In this document: piece by piece, positions 1-7,736 of the stretch
How the letters are laid out: every line of letters starts with the position of its first letter
Position numbering within the stretch: position 1 is the stretch's first letter
DNA from: Maribacter sp.
Lineage (GTDB): Bacteria > Bacteroidota > Bacteroidia > Flavobacteriales > Flavobacteriaceae
Assembly (NCBI RefSeq): GCF_049667165.1
Contig: NZ_JBATHS010000028.1
Coordinates: forward strand, 20,591-84,590
Direction of reading: 5' to 3'
Length of the DNA: 64,000 nt
Translations under genes and position numbers: made by a program
The notes under the pieces: model-generated
Seen by the model: only the letters and a program-made list of their open reading frames with translations
What the model was told of the DNA's origin: nothing
Database searches by the model: none

Positions 1-12
1 AACAGGCTTTTG

Positions 13-918
13 TCATGACACTAATTCTTTTGCTTTTCGAAACGTTGCCCGCAACAACCTCAGGTTCATTTGCGCCCCAAATGCGATAATTTCGCAATTC
101 CCTGTGAAATCCTTGAGGGGAATAATCTCATAATTGCCAAAGGTTAAATGGAAAAGGCGGTATTCGTTCCCAGCGACCCTGACGAAACCCTTTGCGCGTA
201 TACTTATTTTGCCCAGTTCCTGTAAAAAGGTCTCTAAACTTTCTAGGGGAATAATATCAGTGGTTCTATACACGGCAGTTTTAATGTCTTCGGGACGTGT
301 GTCCTCCATCGCACCTTCAGGAATTGAAGTTACTTGCATCAATTGTGTGGAATTGATTTTGCAGAATACATGCTTCTCAATGAGCGCGAACGGATTTATT
401 TCTTTTATAGATTGGATGACTTTTGCGGTTTTGGATGCATCGACCAAATCTATTTTGTTCAATATAATTTTATCAGCAACCCTGATTTGATGTTTTGCAC
501 GTTGCACAAAGGCAGCACTTTTATCAAAATTCAAGGCGTCTACAACGCACCATGCTCCGGCATATCGCACCTTGTTACTGATGCTATCATTATTCAACAA
601 TTCGCAGATAGAAATCGGGTCAGAAAGACCGGAGGCCTCTAAGTAAATTACCTCGGGATCGTACTGATCCAATAAGGTCGATAGGTTCTCTATGAAATTG
701 CCCAACAAGCAAACGCAAAAAACAGAGCCATTGTTGATCTCGACCAATTTGAAATCCTGGTTTTCAATTTTAAGCTCTTTTCCATCAACACCGGTAGGGG
801 CGAACTCATTTTGAATGACCGCAATTCTTTTATTCTTGTGTAAGTTCAATAGCTTTTTAAGCAGTGTGGTTTTTCCACTGCCTAAAAATCCACTGATAAG
901 AATTAAATCTGCGATCAT
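13..918 (-). CDS. COG0523/CobW-family G3E P-loop GTPase (putative metallochaperone)
   Basis: 301-aa ORF with Walker A GFLGSGKTTLL at the N-terminus and a CobW/YjiA-like overall layout. The usual CxCC metal motif is degenerate (NGSVFCVCLL). It overlaps the upstream gene by 4 bp (915-918), which suggests an operon. Confidence 0.75.
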   Translation of the reverse strand: MIADLILISGFLGSGKTTLLKKLLNLHKNKRIAVIQNEFAPTGVDGKELKIENQDFKLVEINNGSVFCVCLLGNFIENLSTLLDQYDPEVIYLEASGLSDPISICELLNNDSISNKVRYAGAWCVVDALNFDKSAAFVQRAKHQIRVADKIILNKIDLVDASKTAKVIQSIKEINPFALIEKHVFCKINSTQLMQVTSIPEGAMEDTRPEDIKTAVYRTTDIIPLESLETFLQELGKISIRAKGFVRVAGNEYRLFHLTFGNYEIIPLKDFTGNCEIIAFGAQMNLRLLRATFRKAKELVS

Positions 919-2291
919 ACTTTGGCCAATTGCTTTCGGTCTAAATGTTTTTGGATTCGTGCGACCAATTCTGATTTCGGTGGGATAATCGAAATGAATT
1001 CAACTTCACCATCAATACAAATTGTAGGAAGATTTCTAACTCCAAGCGATAGCATCATTTGAATGCCTTCCTCATTTTTTATCTTATGTTCTTTATATTC
1101 AATATTGTTCGCATTAAAATCATCGACTGCAAGTTTAACGGCCTTCACCATATATTGGCAAGGAGCACAAGAGGCGGAATCCAATGTGATGATGTCTATT
1201 TTTACTTTATCCTTTTCAAAATAATTTTCCAAATCAAGAAGCTCAATATTCTTGGCTGTCTGTCCTTTTGCCCTCAGAACATCCTGTTGGTATGTATCAT
1301 GAACGATTTCTGCTATTGCCTCAAGATTTTCAACGGGCGTGGCCATGGGCAGATCACAACCAGGGGCCAGGATAAAGCCAGTATCCCCGCCGATGTCCAT
1401 ACACTCAATGGCTTCAAATTTCGATTCTTCTGGAGTTCCCATTAACAATACCGAAGTCAACTTCATATTACCACCGAAGCTAATCTTATAGTTCTCTGCG
1501 TGCTCTTTAACGAAATCAAGAGGAATATTTTCATCTATAGAAATATTGTCCGGCTTGCATTTACACATTGCTTCAATATTCTGGGAGGCGTTGCCGCAAA
1601 CAAAGAACGAGCTTAAGGCACCACTTTCTCTAATATGACCGAATAAATCGGTACAATACGGTGAAACGAATGTTTCAAAAGACATTGGGTCTATTTGACT
1701 TACCATGGGGTCGACAACTGCGATAACATCGCACCCTGCCTCGACATAGTAATCAGACATGGCCTTGCCCACTTTTGTTGCAAAGTCCATAACCTTTCCA
1801 ACATATTCGGGATCTTCGAATAATTTCATGAATATATCGGTGCCCAAAAGGTGCAATGCCAGGGTAAATGGGCCGGTAATCAAACCGTATAAAGCGATAT
1901 TCGGATGATTCTCCTTGATTTTTGTCGCGGCATTCATAACCGTGGCGATTCTCCCTTTGCACCGGCATGGAACTTTTAGGTCTTCCAGTTTCAGACTGCC
2001 ATCGGCAAGCGGATGGGAAACCACCGCAGGTGGATTATCTTGGGACCATTTGATATCACAGCCCAGAACCTCTGCTTCTATTTGAAGGTCGAAGGTCACT
2101 GGAATGCCATCGGGATTGTATTTTTTTATCGCTAATTCGGCCCCATTTACAATATGGTTTTCCGATTTAAAATATGTGGTGGCATCCAATCCCAACAATT
2201 CCCCTGCATGGGCACCTACAAAGGGTACCCAAGGAATACGGGCTACCTTTTGGCGTTTCATTGCCGCTTGAATAAGTTCTAACCCTTGCAT
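915..2291 (-). CDS. URO-D/MtaA-like methyltransferase fused to a C-terminal thioredoxin-like (CxxC) domain
   Basis: 458 aa. The N-terminal ~340 aa resemble the uroporphyrinogen-decarboxylase/methylcobamide methyltransferase family. The C-terminal ~90 aa resemble a small thioredoxin/glutaredoxin fold with SCAPCQ. At the position of the HxC zinc motif the sequence reads FVCG. Confidence 0.65.
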   Translation of the reverse strand: MQGLELIQAAMKRQKVARIPWVPFVGAHAGELLGLDATTYFKSENHIVNGAELAIKKYNPDGIPVTFDLQIEAEVLGCDIKWSQDNPPAVVSHPLADGSLKLEDLKVPCRCKGRIATVMNAATKIKENHPNIALYGLITGPFTLALHLLGTDIFMKLFEDPEYVGKVMDFATKVGKAMSDYYVEAGCDVIAVVDPMVSQIDPMSFETFVSPYCTDLFGHIRESGALSSFFVCGNASQNIEAMCKCKPDNISIDENIPLDFVKEHAENYKISFGGNMKLTSVLLMGTPEESKFEAIECMDIGGDTGFILAPGCDLPMATPVENLEAIAEIVHDTYQQDVLRAKGQTAKNIELLDLENYFEKDKVKIDIITLDSASCAPCQYMVKAVKLAVDDFNANNIEYKEHKIKNEEGIQMMLSLGVRNLPTICIDGEVEFISIIPPKSELVARIQKHLDRKQLAKV

Positions 2292-2962
2292 TATGCCGAT
2301 TTTTTTAGATTGTTCATAAACTCGACAACACCTTGGGGGTCTTGGGAGTAATTATCCGCGCCGATCTTATCACAGAAATCCTGTGTAATGGGTGCCCCTC
2401 CAATGGTCACTTTTTGATTTGGGAACTTCGTTTTTATTTCCTTCACGATGTTTTCCATACTTTGCATTGTTGTTGTCAGTAAGGAGGATAAGCCAATAAT
2501 GGCATCAGGAAATTCGTTGATGGTGTCAATGAATTTATTGGCAGGAACATCCGTGCCCAGGTCAATGACCTCATATCCATTACCTTCTACGATCATTGAT
2601 ACCAGATTTTTCCCGATATCATGTAAGTCACCGGCAACGGTGCCAATGATAAAAATTCCTTTTTTCTGTACGTTCCCTTTGGCAAAAATCGGTTTTAAAT
2701 GCATCATTGCCGTGCTCATCGCTTTTGCCGACATCAATACCTGAGGAACGAAAATCTTGTTTTCCCTAAATTTAACACCAACCTTCTCCATACCAACAAT
2801 CAATCCTTTGGCCAATATGTCATTTGCAGAAATGCCTTCATCCAAGGCTTGTTTGGTAAGTTCATCGGCCCCGTCTTGATCCTTCATGTTTGGAGGATAT
2901 GGGGAGGTTTTGTTTATTTTTCCGAATTCAATACAGTCAGAGATTTTTGCTAAAATTTCCAT
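2291..2962 (-). CDS. Corrinoid (cobalamin)-binding protein, MtaC/MtbC-like
   Basis: 223 aa. It carries the B12-binding DxHxxG motif (GDLHDIGKNLV), the SxL motif (GLSSLLTTT) and the GG motif (TIGGAPIT), preceded by a helical B12-binding_2-like cap. Confidence 0.85.
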   Translation of the reverse strand: MEILAKISDCIEFGKINKTSPYPPNMKDQDGADELTKQALDEGISANDILAKGLIVGMEKVGVKFRENKIFVPQVLMSAKAMSTAMMHLKPIFAKGNVQKKGIFIIGTVAGDLHDIGKNLVSMIVEGNGYEVIDLGTDVPANKFIDTINEFPDAIIGLSSLLTTTMQSMENIVKEIKTKFPNQKVTIGGAPITQDFCDKIGADNYSQDPQGVVEFMNNLKKSA

Positions 2963-2966
2963 GATA

Positions 2967-3986
2967 TTATACTGGTTTTAATTCTTTCAATTGGGATTGG
3001 GCCACCTCTATAAAGGCCAGGATGTTTTCTAGAGACGTATCACTTTCCACGGAATGGGAAGGGGAGAAAATATAGCCTCCTTTTCGGCCCATTTCCAAAA
3101 GCGCCAATGATTCCTTGGTTACATCTTCCTTGGTTCCAAAAGGCAAGGTCTTCTGCATGGACAAGCCTCCATGGAAACAAAGCTTACCTAGATATTCGGA
3201 GTGGATCTGATGTACATCCATCACCTCTGGTTGAAAAGGGTTAAAGCAGTTTAAACCTGCATCTATTAGGGATGGGAACAATTCATCGACGTCACCACAG
3301 GAATGGATCATCACATATTTGCCTGCATCCTTGACTCTTTTGTACATTCTTTTGATGTGGGGATATAAAAATTCATGCCAAAGATCGGCACCCATGATCA
3401 ATCCGTGTTGTTGCCCCCAATCATCCCCAAAATAAACGGCGTCGATGTCATATTCCAGGGCTTTGTCCACTTGGGCAATATTGTAATCCGCAATTTTGCC
3501 CAGTAATTCGTGTACAAAATCGGGATACATGAAAAAGTCCATTAACAGATTTTCCATGCCCCGCATAGACCAGGCCCTTTCATAAAGCGAAAACCCTATT
3601 TGAAAGACCCTGAACAAATCAGGCTTTTTTTCGATTTCTGACTCAATATTCGCAAAGAAGCGAGGGTCATGGGGATTAGGGAATTGAATTCCTTCCAAAG
3701 TGGGATCTTTTATAATGTCCTCAATGGGCATTCCGATATCCTTATCTATAGATCGATCCCATACCACATTAAAAACGTCTTTAAAATGGTCTTTCTTTAC
3801 TTCTTCAAAGAAGCCAATATCACTGCCTAGGTTTAGGATGTGATTTCCCAAGACGACATCGAGGTCATCTGTTTTGTAATACTCCTGAAGCATTTCCTTG
3901 GGTTCTTTGGTGAATTTAAAGGACCATGGAACATAGGGAGGTTTTTTATGTTCCAACACAGATTTGATGATTTCTCTTTTGGTCAT
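2967..3986 (-). CDS. URO-D/MtaA-like (putatively zinc-dependent) methyltransferase
   Basis: 339 aa in the URO-D family. It contains an HxCG motif (MIHSCGDV) like the zinc site of methylcobamide:thiol methyltransferases. It is the first gene of a tightly packed 4-gene minus-strand operon. Confidence 0.65.
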   Translation of the reverse strand: MTKREIIKSVLEHKKPPYVPWSFKFTKEPKEMLQEYYKTDDLDVVLGNHILNLGSDIGFFEEVKKDHFKDVFNVVWDRSIDKDIGMPIEDIIKDPTLEGIQFPNPHDPRFFANIESEIEKKPDLFRVFQIGFSLYERAWSMRGMENLLMDFFMYPDFVHELLGKIADYNIAQVDKALEYDIDAVYFGDDWGQQHGLIMGADLWHEFLYPHIKRMYKRVKDAGKYVMIHSCGDVDELFPSLIDAGLNCFNPFQPEVMDVHQIHSEYLGKLCFHGGLSMQKTLPFGTKEDVTKESLALLEMGRKGGYIFSPSHSVESDTSLENILAFIEVAQSQLKELKPV

Positions 3987-4033
3987 GACAACACATTTTA
4001 TATTGTCATTAAAAGTAAATCAATTAGCAGGCA

Positions 4034-4117
4034 ATTTCTACGTTGATTTTAGCCAAATAATACCTTATTTTGACATGATATTTATCATATAATCAATATA
4101 AATGGCATAATAAATCA
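4034..4117 (+). promoter_or_regulatory. 84-bp conserved intergenic element, copy A (paralog of 7629-7712)
   Basis: An ungapped manual alignment to 7629-7712 gives 67/84 identical positions (49/58 in the first 58 bp). It contains direct repeats TACGTTGATTTTA and TACCTTATTTTGA whose starts are 22 bp apart. Confidence 0.5.
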
Positions 4118-4147
4118 TTTTTTTACTACTAGGTTTATGATGAAATC

Positions 4148-5188
4148 CTATTGTTTGGAATAATGAATATCTGACAAAGCTTTAATGGTATTTGCCGCCT
4201 GTTCCGCTGTGATGTCCCTTTGGGGGTTTGCGAACATCTCATAGCCTACCATAAACTTTTTAACGGTTGCCGACCGCAATAATGGTGGATAAAAAGACAT
4301 GTGAAAATGCCACTCAGGATGTGCTTCTCCGTCTGTGGGTGCCTGATGGATTCCCGCGGAATACGGAAACGAAGTTTGAAAGACATTGTCCAGTCGTATG
4401 GTAGTTTTTCGCAGGATATCGGCAAATGCCTTTTTCCCTGCATCGGAAAGTTCACCGATATGGGCCATCTTTCTCTTTGGAACGATCATGGTTTCATAAG
4501 GCCACACCGCCCAATAGGGAATTAAGGATACAAAATGTTCGTTTTCTAGAATAATGCGTTCGTCCATTTCCATTTCCTGCTTCACATAATCTTCTAAAAT
4601 ACTTGCTTTGTGAGCTTTCCAGTAGGTCGATAACCGATCGCATTTCTTTTGAACTTCCTGGGGGATACTCCGTTGCGCCCATATTTGTCCATGGGGGTGC
4701 GGATTACTACAACCCATGACATCGCCCTTGTTCTCAAAAATCTGAACATGGTTTATTCCATCAATAGCGCCCAGTTCCTTATATTCCTGCTGCCATAATG
4801 AAATTACATCGGTGATTTCTTCTGTGGACATTAAAGGCAGCGTTAGGGAGTGATCTGGCGAAAAACAAACTACTTTACAGATACCGGATTCGGATTCGGC
4901 ATAAAGCAAACCATTTTCATATTTATCTTCCTTTACATCCTTAAGGAGTGCTGAAAAATCATTCACAAATGAAAAAGGCTTTTTATAATCGGGATTTACC
5001 GCACCGCCCATTCTGCCATTGGTAGGACACAAATAGCAGTTTGGATCATACTTTGGCTTGGTTTCCAAAGCAGGTTTTTCGGTCTTGCCTTGCCATGGTC
5101 GTTTCGTTCTGTGGGGCGATACCAAGATCCATTCCCCTGTTAAAATATTAAACCTTCTATGCGGATTTTCGTTGAATTCAGTGCTCAT
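4148..5188 (-). CDS. galT: Galactose-1-phosphate uridylyltransferase
   Basis: 346 aa with the active-site HPH motif (CSNPHPHGQIW) and a CYLCP zinc-type motif. galK sits immediately upstream. Confidence 0.9.
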   Translation of the reverse strand: MSTEFNENPHRRFNILTGEWILVSPHRTKRPWQGKTEKPALETKPKYDPNCYLCPTNGRMGGAVNPDYKKPFSFVNDFSALLKDVKEDKYENGLLYAESESGICKVVCFSPDHSLTLPLMSTEEITDVISLWQQEYKELGAIDGINHVQIFENKGDVMGCSNPHPHGQIWAQRSIPQEVQKKCDRLSTYWKAHKASILEDYVKQEMEMDERIILENEHFVSLIPYWAVWPYETMIVPKRKMAHIGELSDAGKKAFADILRKTTIRLDNVFQTSFPYSAGIHQAPTDGEAHPEWHFHMSFYPPLLRSATVKKFMVGYEMFANPQRDITAEQAANTIKALSDIHYSKQ

Positions 5189-5189
5189 A

Positions 5190-6323
5190 TTATTTTTTTA
5201 GGATCGACGTTCCTTGGCTAGGGCTGGCTTCAAACCAAGTTAATTTAAGGTTATATGCTTTCTCATAGGCTTTTGATGCCGCAGCTACAAATTCTTCAAT
5301 GGCATCTTCGTGTACTAAATTTATGGTACAACCACCAAATCCACCGCCCATCATCCGTGCCCCCAAGACCGCATCATTACCTTTTGTAAACGCTACCAGA
5401 AAATCCAATTCAGGACAACTTACCTCATACATTTTGCTCAATCCTTCATGGGTTTCATACAATAATTCGCCAACTCTCTTGAGATTATTGGCCTTAAGGG
5501 CCTCAACAGCCTCTAAAACCCTGGTTTTCTCCTGTATGACATAGGCACAACGATTGTAGACCGTTTCGTCGATGGTATCCTTTACCTCATTCAACATGTC
5601 CATATTGGCATTACGCAACGATTTTACTTCAGGATAGATCTTCTGAAGTGCGCTAACCCCTGTTTCACACTGGGCCCTTCTTTTGTTATATTCCCCGGAC
5701 GCAAGATTGTGCGAAACATTGGTGTTCAAGAGTACGATCTTGTATGGTTTTATGTGTATAGGGATATAGGAATATTCCAGTGACTCACAATCCAATAGAA
5801 TGACATGCCCCTTCTTGCTCATGACGGAGGCAAATTGGTCCATGATACCACATTTGGTGCCCGCATAGGTATGCTCAGCAGCTTGTGATAGCTTTACGAT
5901 ATCCATTTTGCTCAATCCCAAATCGAACATTTCATTTAAACCAAAAGCCAACCCGCATTCCAATGCGGCCGAAGAACTCACTCCAGAACCAATAGGCACA
6001 TGACTTTCAAGTACGCAGTCAAAACCTCTGAGTTTATCTGTCCTTTTTGATATTTCATTCAAAACACCCAAAATGTAGTTTTCCCATTCAACCTTACTTA
6101 TTTCAATGGTATCCAAAGACAATTCGAACCCGGTGTCATAACCCTTACTGTAGACATGGCAGATTTTATCCGATCCATTTTTTTGAAACTTGAACGTTAT
6201 CTTCTTTTCTATGGCCGTAGGCAGTACATATCCCATATTATAATCGGTGTGTTCCCCGATTATATTTATTCTACCTGGGGATTCAACAGTAAGTTCTGGT
6301 TTGAAATTGTCTAAAAATCGCAT
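5190..6323 (-). CDS. galK: Galactokinase
   Basis: 377 aa with the galactokinase signature GRINIIGEHTDYN and the GHMP kinase motif PIGSGVSSSAALE. Confidence 0.9.
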   Translation of the reverse strand: MRFLDNFKPELTVESPGRINIIGEHTDYNMGYVLPTAIEKKITFKFQKNGSDKICHVYSKGYDTGFELSLDTIEISKVEWENYILGVLNEISKRTDKLRGFDCVLESHVPIGSGVSSSAALECGLAFGLNEMFDLGLSKMDIVKLSQAAEHTYAGTKCGIMDQFASVMSKKGHVILLDCESLEYSYIPIHIKPYKIVLLNTNVSHNLASGEYNKRRAQCETGVSALQKIYPEVKSLRNANMDMLNEVKDTIDETVYNRCAYVIQEKTRVLEAVEALKANNLKRVGELLYETHEGLSKMYEVSCPELDFLVAFTKGNDAVLGARMMGGGFGGCTINLVHEDAIEEFVAAASKAYEKAYNLKLTWFEASPSQGTSILKK

Positions 6324-6332
6324 ATTTCTATA

Positions 6333-7487
6333 TTATTTGTTTTTCATATTCCTGACCATGGCAACAGAGGCAACAGTTCTAAAGCCCAAGTGTTCCAATG
6401 AAGAATCCACACTTGTGGCCATTCTTGAGGAAACCCGATAACTTGCACAATAGGATGCATTGCACAAGAATGAGCCCCCTTTCATTATTTTTTCCTTGGC
6501 ATAAGGTTCCCGAACATTATAGGGGGTAGCCGCTCCTTTGGGGTTTACCGATACTACATGCGCCATGGAAACCTCAAGGTAATGATCTGTTCTATACCAG
6601 TCATTGGTCCATTCCCAAACATTTCCTGCCATGTCATACAAGCCAAAATCATTGGGAGGGTAGGTTTTTACGGGGGCCCGCCGTTCAAAACCATCAACCT
6701 GTGTATTATTTACCGGAAATTCCCCTTCCCAACTATTCGCCATTTGTGACAATGCTGAAGCCTCATCACCCCAAAAATAGATATTTCCCTTCTTATTACC
6801 ATGCGCTGCCCTTTCCCATTCTGCTTCAGTGGGCAATCGTTTGCCTGCCCATTCGCAATAGGCCAAGGCATCTTCGTATGCAATATGGACAACGGGATGG
6901 TTATCCTTGCCCTTTACGTTTGAATCTGGGCCATTAGGGTGTTTCCAATTGGCACCTATGGTCCAATCCCACCATTGTGAGAAATCATATAGATTGGGTA
7001 CGGGGCTCTTGGTTTTTTTAAAGGTCAAAGATCCAGGTTGCAAGATAGAATCATGGGGTTTGGGAGTGCCTTCCGGGACTTGCTTCTTAAGTTCCTCCCA
7101 ATCGATCTTTCTTTCGGCCACGGTAATGTATCCCGTTGCATCAACAAACCTTTTAAATTGGGCATTTGTTACCTCGGTAATATCCATAAAGAAACCATCA
7201 ACTGCAGCCTTATGTGCAGGTTTTTCATGGGGCATGGCCATTTTATCCTCTGGGATGGCACCCTGCATGAATTCGCCTCCGGGAATCCAAACCATATCTT
7301 CCGGGGTGTTCAGGTCGACTGGTTTTTGAATGATCAATTTGGATAGGTCGGCAACTATAATGGTATCTGAAACTTCTTCGGAATTTTCTTTTTGTTCTAG
7401 GGTTGGTTTTTTATCGCCACATTGGATTAAGGTAAACACCGTTACTATTACAATGAAAATTTTGGATATTTGAAATGCATATTTCAT
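6333..7487 (-). CDS. Formylglycine-generating enzyme (FGE/SUMF1-type sulfatase maturase), lipoprotein
   Basis: 384 aa with a lipobox-like signal (FTLIQC). FGE-family motifs are present: RLPTEAEWE, NVWEWTNDWY and the paired active-site Cys in GGSFLCNASYCASYR. Confidence 0.85.
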   Translation of the reverse strand: MKYAFQISKIFIVIVTVFTLIQCGDKKPTLEQKENSEEVSDTIIVADLSKLIIQKPVDLNTPEDMVWIPGGEFMQGAIPEDKMAMPHEKPAHKAAVDGFFMDITEVTNAQFKRFVDATGYITVAERKIDWEELKKQVPEGTPKPHDSILQPGSLTFKKTKSPVPNLYDFSQWWDWTIGANWKHPNGPDSNVKGKDNHPVVHIAYEDALAYCEWAGKRLPTEAEWERAAHGNKKGNIYFWGDEASALSQMANSWEGEFPVNNTQVDGFERRAPVKTYPPNDFGLYDMAGNVWEWTNDWYRTDHYLEVSMAHVVSVNPKGAATPYNVREPYAKEKIMKGGSFLCNASYCASYRVSSRMATSVDSSLEHLGFRTVASVAMVRNMKNK

Positions 7488-7628
7488 TAAGTGAGTGAAG
7501 GGTGTTTAAACTTTGGATTGAAACGAATGCTTAAAAGAAAGGAATATAATTTAATCCGCCATGGGTTGCTCTGAATTTGTTGATTACCTCGAATGAATAA
7601 AAAATAAAGGTAGTAACACGGAAAAGGT

Positions 7629-7712
7629 ATTTCTACCTTGATTTTAACCAACTTATACCTTATTTTGACATTTTATTTGTCATTTTTACAACAAAAGAGG
7701 TATAATAAATAA
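7629..7712 (+). promoter_or_regulatory. 84-bp conserved intergenic element, copy B (paralog of 4034-4117); candidate araC promoter/operator
   Basis: 80% identical to copy A. TTG (7638-7640) and TATTTTG (7661-7667) are spaced about 20 nt apart, which resembles a Bacteroidota -33/-7 promoter facing araC. Direct repeats TACCTTGATTTTA and TACCTTATTTTGA start 22 bp apart. Confidence 0.5.
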
Positions 7713-7736
7713 GGTTAAACCAAAAATAGTCTTGTC

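Noticed and set aside
3987-4147. A possible cobalamin riboswitch in the leader of the corrinoid-protein operon.
   Set aside because: The region is AT-rich, and I could not find the GC-rich B12-box core or the paired stems expected. The conserved 84-bp element explains most of the spacer instead. A covariance-model scan (Rfam RF00174) would settle it.
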